DNA from: Myxococcota bacterium
GTDB lineage: Bacteria > Myxococcota > UBA4151
Direction: 5' to 3'
Assembly: GCA_036338695.1 (NCBI GenBank)
Contig: JAYZBQ010000076.1
Span: 32,001-96,000, forward strand
DNA length: 64,000 bases
A program made the translations under genes and the position numbers. Positions 9,184 through 20,165 of the stretch are shown piece by piece. The notes under the pieces were generated by a model, which worked only from the letters and a program-made list of their open reading frames with translations, did not search any database and was not told the origin of the DNA. Each line of letters opens with the position of its first letter. Position 1 is the first letter of the stretch.

Positions 9184-10797
9184 ATGAAGCGCTCTCCAAA
9201 ATACATCTTCTTCACCGGTGGCGTCGTCTCGTCGCTGGGTAAGGGCTTGGCTGCGGCCTCGACGGGGGCGCTCCTCGAAGCGCGCGGGTTGACGGTCACC
9301 AACATGAAGATGGACCCGTACCTCAACGTCGACCCGGGGACCATGAGCCCGTATCAGCACGGCGAGGTTTTTGTCACCGACGACGGCGCCGAGACCGACC
9401 TTGACCTCGGTCACTATGAGCGCTTCACGCACAGTCGGCTGAGCCAGGCGAACAACGTGACCAGCGGGCGAGTCTATTGGTCGGTGCTCGAGCGCGAGCG
9501 GCGCGGTGACTACCTGGGTAAGACCATCCAAGTCATCCCGCACATCACCGATGAAATTAAGCGCCGAATTCGCGACACGGCGCAGAGCAGCGGGGCCGAC
9601 ATCTGCATCGTCGAGATCGGCGGAACGGTCGGGGACATCGAGAGCCTGCCTTTCCTCGAGGCGATCCGTCAGATTCGCAATGAGGAGGGGCATCAAAACA
9701 CGGCGCTCGTCCACCTCACCTTGGTCCCATACATCGCCGCAGCCGGTGAGATGAAAACCAAGCCAACCCAGCACTCGGTCAAAGAGCTGTTGGGCATCGG
9801 GTTGGGCTGCGATTTTCTGTTGTGCCGCTCCGAGGAGCCCCTCGCTGAAGAGCTGAAGCAAAAGATCTCTGCCTTCTGTAATGTGGCGCCGCGCGCGGTG
9901 ATCTCAGCCTATGATGTGCGCTGCATCTACGAGCTGCCGCTGGTGCTCAATGAGCAAGGGCTGGACGCCCAGATCTGTGATGCGCTCAATATTTGGACGG
10001 GCGCGCCGCGTTTGGACGGCTGGCACTCGGTGGTGCGGCGCTACCTCGAGCCGAAGAACGGCGAGGTCACGATCGGTGTTGTCGGGAAATACGTTGGGCT
10101 CGTCGAGAGCTACAAGAGCTTGAACGAAGCCTTGGCGCACGCCGGGATGCACCACGACGTGCGGCTGAATATTGAGTATTTGGACTCGGAGGCCATCGAG
10201 ACAGACGATGAGCCCTTGCGCAAGGTAGACGGTGTGCTGGTCCCGGGCGGCTTTGGCGAGCGCGGCTCGGAAGGGAAGATCGCAGCGATTCGCTTTGCTC
10301 GTGAGCAGAAGGTCCCATACTTTGGGATCTGCCTAGGGATGCAGCTCGCGGTGGTCGAGCATGCCCGGCACTGCGCTGCGCTCGATGGCGCCAACTCGAT
10401 CGAGCTTGCGCCCGAGACCGAGCACCCGGTCATCAGCTTGATGGAGGCGCAGAAGCAGGAGGCTGACCTCGGCGGGACGATGCGTCTGGGCGCCTATGAC
10501 TGCTCGCTGAGCGCAGGGAGTCGGAGCGCCGCTGCCTACGGTCAAGAGCAGATCTCGGAGCGGCACCGGCATCGGTTTGAATTCAACGACGCCTTCCGAT
10601 CTCAGCTTGAGGATACGGGGCTCGTGATCGCCGGCGTTCACGACCAAAGCGGCTTAGTCGAGGTGGTCGAGCGCGCCGATCATCCTTGGTTCGTTGGCTG
10701 TCAGTTTCACCCTGAATTTAAGTCGCGACCCGGTGAGCCTCACCCGCTGTTTCGGGACTTTATCGCCGCATCGATCGACGCCCGGGGCGCATCATGA
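9184..10797 (+). CDS. pyrG: CTP synthase
   Basis: Motifs [34 protein letters not shown]. Confidence 0.98.
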   Translation: MKRSPKYIFFTGGVVSSLGKGLAAASTGALLEARGLTVTNMKMDPYLNVDPGTMSPYQHGEVFVTDDGAETDLDLGHYERFTHSRLSQANNVTSGRVYWSVLERERRGDYLGKTIQVIPHITDEIKRRIRDTAQSSGADICIVEIGGTVGDIESLPFLEAIRQIRNEEGHQNTALVHLTLVPYIAAAGEMKTKPTQHSVKELLGIGLGCDFLLCRSEEPLAEELKQKISAFCNVAPRAVISAYDVRCIYELPLVLNEQGLDAQICDALNIWTGAPRLDGWHSVVRRYLEPKNGEVTIGVVGKYVGLVESYKSLNEALAHAGMHHDVRLNIEYLDSEAIETDDEPLRKVDGVLVPGGFGERGSEGKIAAIRFAREQKVPYFGICLGMQLAVVEHARHCAALDGANSIELAPETEHPVISLMEAQKQEADLGGTMRLGAYDCSLSAGSRSAAAYGQEQISERHRHRFEFNDAFRSQLEDTGLVIAGVHDQSGLVEVVERADHPWFVGCQFHPEFKSRPGEPHPLFRDFIAASIDARGAS

Positions 10798-11603
10798 GCG
10801 CCGCCGTTCAGGTGGGTTCGTACCTTGTCGGCTCCGGTCAGCCGCTTCTGCTGATCGCAGGGAACTGCGTCGTCGAGTCGCTTGAGACCGCGTTGCGGAC
10901 GGCCGAGGTGGTCCAGCGCGAAGCGACAAGACGCACGCTCAACCCTGTCTTCAAGGCGAGCTTCGATAAGGCGAACCGGACACGGCGCGACTCGCACCGA
11001 GGCCCTGGAATGGACGCTGGCTTAGAGGTGCTCGCCCAGGTCAAGAAGCAAACCGGCTTGCCGATTTTGACCGACGTCCACCTGCCATCGCATTGCGAAG
11101 CGGCAGCGCAAGTCGCCGACGTTCTACAGATCCCCGCCTTTTTATGTCGGCAGACGGACCTCCTTGAGGCGGCCGCTGCGACGGGACGGGTGGTCAACAT
11201 CAAGAAGGGGCAGTTTGTCGGCCCTGAGGCGATGCAGCATGCCGTCGCCAAAATCCATGAGGCGGGTCAGCCGCATGCGCTTTTGACCGAGCGTGGCAGC
11301 TCGTTTGGTTACGGCGACCTCATCGTCGACTACCGCGGCTTCTCGACGCTGCGCTCGTTCGCTCCCCTCATCTTTGACGCCACGCACTCCGCTCAGAAAC
11401 CGGCGGGCAGCGGCGGCGTGACCGGAGGGGACCGGCGCCTCGCCTTGCCCCTTGCGCGTGCCGCCGTCGCGGTCGGGGTTGATGGGCTCTTTATGGAAAT
11501 CCACCCGGACCCCGAGCGCGCCCTATCGGACGCGGCGAATAGCCTGGATTTTGACCTGTTTACCCGTTTGCTTGATGATGTGGTCCGGTTACGAGAGGCG
11601 TAA
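10794..11603 (+). CDS. kdsA: KDO 8-phosphate synthase
   Basis: Motifs [27 protein letters not shown]. Confidence 0.95.
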   Translation: MSAAVQVGSYLVGSGQPLLLIAGNCVVESLETALRTAEVVQREATRRTLNPVFKASFDKANRTRRDSHRGPGMDAGLEVLAQVKKQTGLPILTDVHLPSHCEAAAQVADVLQIPAFLCRQTDLLEAAAATGRVVNIKKGQFVGPEAMQHAVAKIHEAGQPHALLTERGSSFGYGDLIVDYRGFSTLRSFAPLIFDATHSAQKPAGSGGVTGGDRRLALPLARAAVAVGVDGLFMEIHPDPERALSDAANSLDFDLFTRLLDDVVRLREA

Positions 11604-12101
11604 ATGAGCGAGCTGGCTTGGGGTGAAGTCGAGATGTTGGTGCTCGATGTTGACGGGGTGCTGACCGACGGGGGCCTATGGGTCGCCGCCGATGGCGCCG
11701 TCACCAAGCGCTTCTTTGTGCGCGACGGCTCTGGCATTGTTCGTCTTCAGCGCGCCGGCGTCCCCGTCGTCTGGTTGACTGGGCGCGCCGACCCGGCGGT
11801 CACTGCGCGCGCCGAGGAGCTCGGCATCGCTCGCCTCATCGCCGGCAGCCACGATAAAGCCAGCGCACTCCACAGCTTGAGCTTATCAATGGGTGTGCCG
11901 ACGAGCGCTATGGCCTATGTCGGCGATGACCTACTCGATCTGCCGGCGATCCGTTTAGCGGGGCTTACGGTGGCGCCGAGTGACGCGGCGGAGCCGGTCA
12001 AGCGTGAGGTCGATCACGTGGCGCACCTAGCCGGCGGGCAAGGTGTGGTGCGCTGGGTGTGCGATCAGCGGATCGCCGCCAAACAGGGGCAGGGCGCGTG
12101 A
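11604..12101 (+). CDS. kdsC: KDO 8-phosphate phosphatase
   Basis: Motifs LDVDGVLTDG and YVGDD; gene context. Confidence 0.9.
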   Translation: MSELAWGEVEMLVLDVDGVLTDGGLWVAADGAVTKRFFVRDGSGIVRLQRAGVPVVWLTGRADPAVTARAEELGIARLIAGSHDKASALHSLSLSMGVPTSAMAYVGDDLLDLPAIRLAGLTVAPSDAAEPVKREVDHVAHLAGGQGVVRWVCDQRIAAKQGQGA

Positions 12102-12526
12102 TCGCTGCGCTGATCCTCCTGGTCGCAGCGCCCGCTCAACCGGACAAAGAGGTCCGATTCCAGGCAGATAATTGCAGCTACGGCCGGGCGATGTCCGAGG
12201 CGGTCTGCGTCGGGCGTGTGCGCGTCCAGCGCGCCGATGCGCGGCTCCGGTGCCGAAAATTAACCGTGCAGTTTGACGCGCAAGGCAGGGTGCGCCGGCT
12301 CGATTGCGAAGGTGCCGTCAAATTCCGTCGCGGTGACGTGGAGGAGGCGTCAGCTTCGACCGCTCGCTACACGCGTGACGACGCTCGAGTGGTGCTGGAA
12401 GGGGAGGCCTCGCTTCGGCGCGGGCGCGCTCGTCTGGCGGGTCAGCGTGTGATCTTTTTGCTCGATGACGATCAAGTCCGCGTCGAAGGTCAGGCGCGCG
12501 GGCGCTTCAACAACGAGGCGCGTTAG
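12098..12526 (+). CDS. lptA: LptA/OstA-family periplasmic LPS transport protein
   Basis: GTG overlaps the kdsC stop; signal peptide; beta-jellyroll repeats (G.V.V.R, GAVKF, L.GEA); directly before lptB. Confidence 0.75.
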   Translation: MIAALILLVAAPAQPDKEVRFQADNCSYGRAMSEAVCVGRVRVQRADARLRCRKLTVQFDAQGRVRRLDCEGAVKFRRGDVEEASASTARYTRDDARVVLEGEASLRRGRARLAGQRVIFLLDDDQVRVEGQARGRFNNEAR

Positions 12527-13248
12527 TGCCCTCGTTACTCGAAGCCAAATCGCTGGTCCGATCGTTTGGCGAGCGCCGCGTCGTGGATGAGGTCAGCTTA
12601 GCGCTCGAGCAGGGTCAAGTGCTTGGTCTGCTCGGACCTAATGGCGCTGGAAAAACAACAACCTTTCGAATGATCGCTGGGCTGCTCAAGCCGGACCGTG
12701 GCTCAGTTTTGATCGACGGCGAAGACGTCACTAAGATGCCCTTGTACCGACGCGCAAGCCGAGGACTTGGCTACCTTGCGCAGCGCGGCGGCCTCTTCCC
12801 CGGCTTGGACGTGCGCGCTAATTTGTTGGTGGCGGGAGAGATCGCTGGCCTCTCAACATCCGAGGCGGGACACCGAGCCGAGGAGGTGATGGAGCGGCTC
12901 AAGCTGTCGCATGTCGCTGGCGGGCGTGAGACGACCCTCAGCGGCGGTGAGCGCCGGCGCGCCGAGATCGCACGAGCGCTCATGGTGCGGCCTCGGATGC
13001 TGCTCTTTGATGAGCCTTTTGCGGGGGTGGACCCGATGGCTGTGACCTCGTTGCAGGCCGAGATGCGCGCCTTGGCAGACAGCGGCCTGTCGATCCTCAT
13101 CACGGATCACGCCGTGGCGGCGACGTTTTCCATCTGTGATCAGGTCGCCGTGTTAAACGAAGGGCGCGTCCTCGTGGCGGGCGCTCCCGCTGTTGTTGAG
13201 GCGGACCCGCGTGTGCGAGCGACCTATCTGGGGCCGCAAAACGCCTAA
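12526..13248 (+). CDS. lptB: LPS export ABC transporter ATPase
   Basis: Motifs GPNGAGKTT, LSGGERRR, DEPFAGVDP, ITDH, YLG. Confidence 0.95.
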   Translation: MPSLLEAKSLVRSFGERRVVDEVSLALEQGQVLGLLGPNGAGKTTTFRMIAGLLKPDRGSVLIDGEDVTKMPLYRRASRGLGYLAQRGGLFPGLDVRANLLVAGEIAGLSTSEAGHRAEEVMERLKLSHVAGGRETTLSGGERRRAEIARALMVRPRMLLFDEPFAGVDPMAVTSLQAEMRALADSGLSILITDHAVAATFSICDQVAVLNEGRVLVAGAPAVVEADPRVRATYLGPQNA

Positions 13249-13276
13249 CGGATCGGCTCCAAAATGAGCGGGGCCC

Positions 13277-13305
13277 TTGCGCCTTTGTCGCCCGCACACC
13301 ACACT
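13277..13305 (+). promoter_or_regulatory. Putative sigma70-type promoter for rpoN
   Basis: TTGCGC-N17-CACACT, followed by SD GAGGAG. Confidence 0.4.
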
Positions 13306-13322
13306 CCCCTGAGGAGTAGTGG

Positions 13323-14804
13323 TTGTTTCCTTCGCTTCAGCATAATTTAAAGATCACCACGCAGCTGCGCATGACACCGCAGCTTCAGCAGGCGGTGAAG
13401 CTGTTGCAGTACAACCGCGCTGAGCTGGTCGAGTTCATCAACACCGAGATGCTTGAGAACCCAACGCTCGAGGAGCGACCGGTCGAAGAGCCTGCGAGTG
13501 ACCCTGCCGAGGGGCAAACCTTCTCGCCGAGCGACGACAACAAACCCATTCACTCGGCCACGGCGCAGAGCGCTGAGCAGGCGAGCGACGCAGAGGCGGT
13601 CCACAGCACGCAGATCGATTGGAACCGGGTCGACCTGAACGATACCACGCACCGCTTTCAGGCGGTTCGACCCGTCGATGATTTGCCGGGGTATGACCAG
13701 ACGCTGTCGCGCAGCGAGACGCTGACCGAGCATCTGAGCTGGCAGCTGCGTATGTTGCGTCTCGACGAGGGGGTCCTTGAGGCGGCCTTTGAGCTCGTCC
13801 ACAGCCTCGATGAGAAGGGGTGGTTCTCGGAAGGAATTGACGGCTGGCAGCAGCACATCGCTCAGTCTGAACGGAGCCCTGAGCTGCTTGAGCGGGCGCG
13901 CGCTCAGCTGCTGCAGCTCGACCCGGTTGGTGTCGGCGCGCTCGACCTCAAAGAGTGCCTGCTCGTGCAGCTCCGGTCCTTAAATCTGGAACATAGCCAC
14001 GCCTACCGCCTGGTCGATGAGCACCTTGAGCTGCTCGGTAGCCTCGACCTGCGCCAGGTCGCTCGGACCGTGGGCATCTCGGTCGACGAGCTCGAAGAGG
14101 CGAAGGCGACCATCAGCACGCTCGAGCCTCGCCCTGGGCGAGCCTTTATGAGCGATGACCTCGAGCGAAACCCCTTCGTGACGCCGGATGTTCACTTCTT
14201 CAAAGAGGGCGACGAGTGGGTGGTCCGTCTCAACGAGGACGGGATGCCTCGCCTGCGCGTCTCGAAGTACTATCAGCGCGCCTATGAACGCGGCGGGCTC
14301 ACCCCGAAGGAGCGCGAGTACGTCATCGACCGGTTGCGCCGTGCGGAGTGGGTGACCAAGTGCATCCTGCAGCGGCAATCGACGATTCGCAAAGTCTGTG
14401 AGAGCATTCTGAGGTTCCAAGGCGAGTTCTTCGAGCGCGGACCGAAGTACCTCAAACCGCTGGTCTTGCGCGACGTCGCAGATGACATCGAGGCACACGA
14501 ATCGACGGTCTCACGGGTGACCTCGAACAAATATGCCGAGACCCCTCAGGGGCTTTTGCCGCTCAAGTATTTCTTCTCCGCAAGGCTCGCGAGCAGCTCG
14601 GGCGGAGGCGACGTCAGCGCAGAGGCTGTTCGACAGCGGATCGCCGGCATGATCAAGAGCGAAGACGTGTCCAAACCATTTAGTGACTCGCAGATCGTCA
14701 AGTTACTCAAGGCGGAGGGGATTGAGATCGCCCGCCGAACCGTTGCAAAATATCGAGAGCAGTTATTGATTCCCGCGGCAGGAAAGCGCCGGATTAGACG
14801 CTAA
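13323..14804 (+). CDS. rpoN: RNA polymerase sigma-54 factor
   Basis: Motifs TPQLQQAVKLLQ, HESTVSR, RpoN box ARRTVAKYRE. Confidence 0.97.
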   Translation: MFPSLQHNLKITTQLRMTPQLQQAVKLLQYNRAELVEFINTEMLENPTLEERPVEEPASDPAEGQTFSPSDDNKPIHSATAQSAEQASDAEAVHSTQIDWNRVDLNDTTHRFQAVRPVDDLPGYDQTLSRSETLTEHLSWQLRMLRLDEGVLEAAFELVHSLDEKGWFSEGIDGWQQHIAQSERSPELLERARAQLLQLDPVGVGALDLKECLLVQLRSLNLEHSHAYRLVDEHLELLGSLDLRQVARTVGISVDELEEAKATISTLEPRPGRAFMSDDLERNPFVTPDVHFFKEGDEWVVRLNEDGMPRLRVSKYYQRAYERGGLTPKEREYVIDRLRRAEWVTKCILQRQSTIRKVCESILRFQGEFFERGPKYLKPLVLRDVADDIEAHESTVSRVTSNKYAETPQGLLPLKYFFSARLASSSGGGDVSAEAVRQRIAGMIKSEDVSKPFSDSQIVKLLKAEGIEIARRTVAKYREQLLIPAAGKRRIRR

Positions 14805-14823
14805 CAACAAGGAGGAGCCCTGA

Positions 14824-15378
14824 ATGGATGTAGCAGTTACCTTTCGACACATGGAGCCAACGGACGCGCTCAAACAGTACGTCGATGAGAAGGTGAGCAA
14901 GATCGCACGGCATCTGGTCAAGGAGAGCGGAGCCGAGGTGGTTTTGAGCGTTGAGCGGCATCACCACCACGCCGACATCCGGTTGAAGTCGGGTGGGGTT
15001 GCGATGAGGGGGCACGAGACCTCCACGGATATGTACAACTCGATCGATCGCGCCGTGTCGAAGATCGAGCGGCAGCTGAGCCGATATCAAGGGAAACTGC
15101 GTCGGTTTAACCAACCGAAGCCGGTGGCAACCGTGCTCTTGCACACGTTGGAGCGCGAAGAGGAGAGCACCGAGGCACCGGAACCCGCCACCAAGTTGGT
15201 CCGCTCGCGCAGTTTTGACGCCCACCCGCTGAGCGTCGACGAGGCGATGATGCAGATCGACTTGTTGAACAACGCGTTTCTCGTCTTCGTGAACGCGGAC
15301 TCGGGTTCGATCAACGTCCTTTATCGACTTGAGAACGATGACGGCTTTGGGTTGATTGATACGGGCAACTCGACCTAG
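14824..15378 (+). CDS. hpf: Ribosome hibernation promoting factor, long form
   Basis: TFRHME.TDALK.Y, DMYNSID, C-terminal S30AE domain. Confidence 0.9.
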   Translation: MDVAVTFRHMEPTDALKQYVDEKVSKIARHLVKESGAEVVLSVERHHHHADIRLKSGGVAMRGHETSTDMYNSIDRAVSKIERQLSRYQGKLRRFNQPKPVATVLLHTLEREEESTEAPEPATKLVRSRSFDAHPLSVDEAMMQIDLLNNAFLVFVNADSGSINVLYRLENDDGFGLIDTGNST

Positions 15379-15419
15379 ACCATTTCCTGTCGTGAGGGCG
15401 TAGGAGCGACGATCACACC

Positions 15420-15860
15420 ATGCTTTCGTTCCTTCGTGAGCGCGCCATTGACCTCGCATTTGTGTGCGAGAGTCACGTCGGCTTGTTGCGGCGGATCAGT
15501 TCGCTGTGCGCCGAGGTCGATGGCGGCGTCGAGGTGGCGCAAGCGACGTCTGCCCTGATGGAGCGAGAGCGCCTCGGCAGCGTGGTGGTAGCGCCTGGGA
15601 TCGCGCTGCCGCACGCTCGGGTCGGTGGGATTAACGAGCCGGTCGTGGCGGTGGTACGCACCGTGCACCCTGTTGCGTTTGACGAGGGCGCCGTCACCTT
15701 ATCGGTCGGCATCTTGACGCCGGAGCAGGCGACCTCGACGCACCTTGAACTGCTCCGGTTTTGGGCGTCGTTGCTGCGAGACGATGCGGCGCGTGGCGCG
15801 CTGCTCCGCCTTGAAGACCCTTCGCAGGTGATGTCGGTCGTGGGAGCTCACCGGTGCTGA
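15420..15860 (+). CDS. ptsN: PTS EIIA(Ntr)-like protein
   Basis: Motif RERLGS...GIALPHAR. Confidence 0.85.
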   Translation: MLSFLRERAIDLAFVCESHVGLLRRISSLCAEVDGGVEVAQATSALMERERLGSVVVAPGIALPHARVGGINEPVVAVVRTVHPVAFDEGAVTLSVGILTPEQATSTHLELLRFWASLLRDDAARGALLRLEDPSQVMSVVGAHRC

Positions 15861-16822
15861 CCTTAAAGGTTGAAGAGCTCCTCGATCGGCGTGGTGCGCT
15901 GCTGGATCTGCGTTTGCTCGCAGGGCACGCCGGCATCGAGCGTCAGGTGACAGCGCCACGTGTTCAAAAGCAAGGGCTGGTCTTGGTCGGCGTGACGGAC
16001 GCCCTCCGTCCTGGTCGGATCCAGGTGTTGGGCCAGACCGAGCTTGAGTTCATGGCGAACATGGCGCCCGATGCGCTGGATCGTGCTTGCGCTGCGCTGG
16101 CGGGTAGCCAAGCAGCAGCGGTTTTGATCACCAGCGGTCTGCCCTGCCCCGCTCCGCTCGCAGCTCACGCAGAGCGACAACGCATGCCCATCTTGGGGTC
16201 TCGACAGACGTCGAGCGAGGCGATCTATGCGCTCCAAGCCCGTATGGAGCGAGCGCTGGCGCCGCGCACCAGCATCCACGGCGTGCTCGTCGATATACTC
16301 GGGCAAGGCCTCTTACTGCTCGGACAATCTGGGATCGGAAAGTCGGAGTGTGCGCTGAGCTTGATCGCCAAAGGCCATCGCTTGATCGCCGATGACGTCG
16401 TTGAGGTGACCCAAGAGGGTCACGCTTTGGTTGGGCGCGGGGTCGAGATGATGCGTCACCTGCTGGAGGTCCGCGGGCTTGGGATCGTTGACGTCAAGGA
16501 GCTGTACGGTGTCGGCGCGGTGCGTTACGACAAGCGCATCGACATGGTCGTCGAGTTGGCGGCGTGGCGTGAGGGGATGCAGGTCGACCGGCTCGGCCTC
16601 GACGAGCAGTACTACACTCTCTTGAAGGTGGATTTACCATACGTCGTCATCCCGGTTCGGCCCGGGCGTGACTTGTCGACCATGATCGAGGTGGCAGCTC
16701 GAAACCAGCTGCTGCGCGCTGGGAAGATTCACAGCTCGCACGATTTTTCCAAACGCCTTCAACGTCAGGTGGAGCGCAACTTTTACAGCGCCAGCGGTCA
16801 CGTTGAGAAAGAGGACTCATGA
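15854..16822 (+). CDS. hprK: HPr kinase/phosphorylase
   Basis: Motifs GQSGIGKSE, LIADD, LEVRGLGI. Confidence 0.95.
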   Translation: MLTLKVEELLDRRGALLDLRLLAGHAGIERQVTAPRVQKQGLVLVGVTDALRPGRIQVLGQTELEFMANMAPDALDRACAALAGSQAAAVLITSGLPCPAPLAAHAERQRMPILGSRQTSSEAIYALQARMERALAPRTSIHGVLVDILGQGLLLLGQSGIGKSECALSLIAKGHRLIADDVVEVTQEGHALVGRGVEMMRHLLEVRGLGIVDVKELYGVGAVRYDKRIDMVVELAAWREGMQVDRLGLDEQYYTLLKVDLPYVVIPVRPGRDLSTMIEVAARNQLLRAGKIHSSHDFSKRLQRQVERNFYSASGHVEKEDS

Positions 16823-17664
16823 GTCATACGATCGTCGTCGCAGGGTTATCGGGCTCGGGTAAATCGACTGCGCTCAACGTCCTCGAGGATCTCGGGTACC
16901 TTGTGGTTCAAAACCTGCCGTCTGAGCTCGGGGCTCATTGGCTCGCGTGGGCTAAGGAGCGCTCCCCCGATCGACCGCGTGCGGTCGGATTGCATCTTCC
17001 GGGTGAAACCTCGAGCGTGCCGGATTGGATCGAGGACGAGCCCGCAACGCTGGTCTGCCTTGAAGCGAGCGATCAATCGCTCGTTCGGCGCTTTTCCGAG
17101 ACCCGGAGACGTCACCCGTGGTCGACCAACTGGGAGACTTTGGTTGAGACCCTAACGCATGAGCGTCAATGCTTAGCGCCCTTTCGCGAGCGCTGTGATC
17201 ATCACGTCGATACCAGCTCGATGAGCGCGAGTGAGCTGCGTCAGTTTTTTCTGGCGACCTTCGCTGTCGACCCGCACCAGATTCAGCTCAACGTCGTCAC
17301 CTTTGGGTTCAAGCGCGGGGTCCCCTCTTATCTCGACTTGTGCGTCGATGTCCGTTTTCTCCCCAACCCTTACTGGGACCTCAGCTTGCGCGAGCTGACG
17401 GGACATGATCAGGCGGTCGCTGATGCGGTGCTGACCAACCCTTCGGCTCAGCGTTGGCTTCGAGAGCAGGTCGAGTCGATCCACTGGCAGTACAACGCTT
17501 TTGTCGAGGCAGGTAAAAGCTACCTGACGATCGGGGTCGGCTGTACCGGCGGTCGACACCGTTCTGTGGCAATGGCGCTGGCGCTCGCCGAGGGGCTGCG
17601 TGCGGTCGGCCTGAGGGTCAATGTTCGTCATCGTGAGACGCCACCTCCGACCGAGCCAACCTGA
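16819..17664 (+). CDS. rapZ: RNase adapter RapZ (YhbJ/YvcJ family)
   Basis: Motifs GLSGSGKS, ETRRRHP, DVRFLPNP, GCTGGRHRSV. Confidence 0.93.
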   Translation: MSHTIVVAGLSGSGKSTALNVLEDLGYLVVQNLPSELGAHWLAWAKERSPDRPRAVGLHLPGETSSVPDWIEDEPATLVCLEASDQSLVRRFSETRRRHPWSTNWETLVETLTHERQCLAPFRERCDHHVDTSSMSASELRQFFLATFAVDPHQIQLNVVTFGFKRGVPSYLDLCVDVRFLPNPYWDLSLRELTGHDQAVADAVLTNPSAQRWLREQVESIHWQYNAFVEAGKSYLTIGVGCTGGRHRSVAMALALAEGLRAVGLRVNVRHRETPPPTEPT

Positions 17665-17731
17665 GTCAAGAAAAGTCCTATTTTGCAGCGTGGGAAGCTG
17701 TGGTAGGCGCCGCCAGCCTTGAGGGGGCGTC

Positions 17732-18169
17732 ATGATCGGTATTGTACTCGTCACACATGGTACGCTCGGCGAATCTTTGCTTGAGTCGGCGGCTTGGGTC
17801 ATCGGCTCACCGGTCGAGGGCGTGGTGAACGTGCCGATGGACCCGGACGCCTCGCCCGACGATCAAGCGCGACGAATCGCAGCTGCAGCGCACCGTTTCG
17901 AGGGCGGCGCCTTGATCCTCACGGATCTGTTCGGTGGCACACCTCAGAACCTCGCGTTGACCCTACTTGAACAAGGCCGGGTGGACGTGATCAGCGGTGT
18001 GAGCCTTCCGATGCTGCTCGGTGCGGTGGCGCTCCAAAATGAAGGGCACGACGTCCATGCCTGCGCCGTCAAGCTGAGGGATAAAGCAAGAAACGCCATC
18101 GTGGTCGCCGGAGACACCTTGCGTCGCCACGCTGAGGCGAGCCGAGAGTTACCTGCGGTGACGTCGTGA
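17732..18169 (+). CDS. PTS EIIA component, mannose type
   Basis: Motifs IVLVTHG and DLFGGTP.N. Confidence 0.88.
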   Translation: MIGIVLVTHGTLGESLLESAAWVIGSPVEGVVNVPMDPDASPDDQARRIAAAAHRFEGGALILTDLFGGTPQNLALTLLEQGRVDVISGVSLPMLLGAVALQNEGHDVHACAVKLRDKARNAIVVAGDTLRRHAEASRELPAVTS

Positions 18170-18435
18170 GCACGGGCACGTTTACGCTTCAGAACCGCCT
18201 TGGTCTTCACGCTCGTGCAGCAGCACGGCTCGCTTCGGTGCTCAACGAAGCCTCCGGTGATGTGTGGGTCGACTATTCAGGCCGTCGGGTCAACGGGAAG
18301 TCGATTTTAGGGCTCTTGATGTTGGCGGCGCCGATGGGCAGCGAGCTCGACATCGAGGTGAGCGGTGAGAACGCGGCTGCGGTGCTCGAGGCGGTATCCG
18401 TCCTCATTGAGAATCGATTTGGTGAGGCTGAGTGA
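18166..18435 (+). CDS. ptsH: Phosphocarrier HPr
   Basis: GLHARAA (His15) and GKSILGL (Ser46). Confidence 0.93.
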   Translation: MSTGTFTLQNRLGLHARAAARLASVLNEASGDVWVDYSGRRVNGKSILGLLMLAAPMGSELDIEVSGENAAAVLEAVSVLIENRFGEAE

Positions 18436-20165
18436 TCAAATCGGGCCGGCGGACGCTAACGGGCTGCGCCGTGGGAAGCGGTTGGGTTCAGGGGCAGATT
18501 CGCCGAGTCGATGACCCCGAAGATGGGGTCGCCTTACGTCACATCGCGCCACATGAGGTAGCCGATGAGGTGCGTCAACTCGACGGCGCAATCGACGCCG
18601 TCGTGACCCAGATGCGGCGAGCGCTCGATAAATTCCAAGAACGGCGCAACCTGATCGTCGAGGGCGGCGATGTCCTCAACGCACACCTCAACCTGGCTAA
18701 AGACCCAGAGATTCGACGGCGTGTGGTCGACATGATCACCGACAAACAGATCAACGCCAGCTGGGGGCTCAAACGCGTCCTTGCGCAGGTGGAGGATGAA
18801 TTCGCCGCGCTCGATGATCCGTACATAGCTTCGCGTATTCTCGATGTTCAGCAGGTCTTTACGCGGCTGCAGCGTCAGTTGAGCGGCGCGGAAGCTGAGC
18901 AGGAATTGACCGTCGAGCTTGGCAGCGCGGACATCCTTTTGGCGCGCGACCTTGAGCCCGTACGTGCGCTCGCCATTCTCGAGCAGAGCCCGGCGGCGAT
19001 TATCACCGAGGAGGGTTCTGCGACGTCGCATCTCGCGTTGTTGTGTCGTGCGCTGGGTGTCCCTGGAATGGTCGGGGTGAAGGGCGCAACCGAGCACCTT
19101 CTGCCAGGTGATCAGGTGCTCATTGATCTCGAGGAGGGCGTGCTCGTGCGCGCGCCGGACCGTCGCGATGTGGCGATGGCGAAGGCGCACTCGGTTGAGG
19201 GTGCGTTGCACCTGGCTGACCCCGTCCTTCCGGCGGTGACGGAGGACGGCGCCCAGATCACGTTGCTCGCGAACCTGGACACGACGGTGGCGCTGGCGGA
19301 CGCCCGGGTTCAGGGCGCTGATGGTGTTGGCCTGTTTCGAAGCGAGTACCTCTATTTGCGGCGGGCAGAGCATGAAGATCAGGTCGATGTGTATCGACAG
19401 ATTCTCAGCGGCATCGACGGCCCAGTGACCGTGCGCACCTTTGACATCGGCTCCGATAAATTACCCCTTGGGCAGCGGCGAGAGCCCAACCCGGCGCTGG
19501 GTTTGCGAGCGCTTAGAAGCTATCAAGTCGACCCGCGCGCCTTTCGTCAGCAGCTTAGCGGGCTGATGCGCGCGGCTACAGGCGATGGTCGCCTGCGCAT
19601 TTTGTTGCCGATGGTCGATGGGGTTGAGAGTTGGGCCTGGGCGGTGGACGAGGTGGAGCGCTCGGGCGAGGCAGAGGGCAAACGCCGCGGCGTGGATTAT
19701 CATCTCGGCGCGATGATCGAGTTGCCCAGCGCCTTGTTTGCGATCGACGAGCTCGCTGAACGAGCGGACTTTCTCTGCCTAGGTACCAACGACCTGATCC
19801 AGTACTTGCTGGGTGTCGACCGTCAAAATCCACAAATGTCTGGGTACGCTAAAATGACGCACCCAGCGGTGTTGCGCGCCCTCAAGCGGGTCATCGAGAG
19901 CAGCGCAGCGCGGCAGGTTCCGCTGAGCTGCTGTGGGGAGATGGCGTCGTCGGCGGTCGGGATCATGATTTTGGTCGGGCTAGGGCTCAGGCGTTTGTCG
20001 CTGCCGCCGCTCGACCTCGGTAGAGCGCGGACCTTCCTGCGCCGAAGCCGAGTGGCCGTGTTTGAGGGGCTGGTAGCCCAAGCCTTATCGCTGGACAGCG
20101 CCGCTGAGATCGAGTCCATGCTCCAGGCGCATTACCAGGACTGGAAACTGGACCAGAGCCGCTAG
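18432..20165 (+). CDS. ptsI: PTS enzyme I (phosphoenolpyruvate-protein phosphotransferase)
   Basis: Motifs GSATSH, GVGLFRSE, EPNPALG.R, GTNDL.QY, CGE. Confidence 0.93.
   Translation: MIKSGRRTLTGCAVGSGWVQGQIRRVDDPEDGVALRHIAPHEVADEVRQLDGAIDAVVTQMRRALDKFQERRNLIVEGGDVLNAHLNLAKDPEIRRRVVDMITDKQINASWGLKRVLAQVEDEFAALDDPYIASRILDVQQVFTRLQRQLSGAEAEQELTVELGSADILLARDLEPVRALAILEQSPAAIITEEGSATSHLALLCRALGVPGMVGVKGATEHLLPGDQVLIDLEEGVLVRAPDRRDVAMAKAHSVEGALHLADPVLPAVTEDGAQITLLANLDTTVALADARVQGADGVGLFRSEYLYLRRAEHEDQVDVYRQILSGIDGPVTVRTFDIGSDKLPLGQRREPNPALGLRALRSYQVDPRAFRQQLSGLMRAATGDGRLRILLPMVDGVESWAWAVDEVERSGEAEGKRRGVDYHLGAMIELPSALFAIDELAERADFLCLGTNDLIQYLLGVDRQNPQMSGYAKMTHPAVLRALKRVIESSAARQVPLSCCGEMASSAVGIMILVGLGLRRLSLPPLDLGRARTFLRRSRVAVFEGLVAQALSLDSAAEIESMLQAHYQDWKLDQSR

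Noticed and set aside
13299..13322. Hairpin that could sequester the rpoN SD
   Set aside because: Its 5' arm coincides with the putative -10 box, so it is probably not in the transcript.
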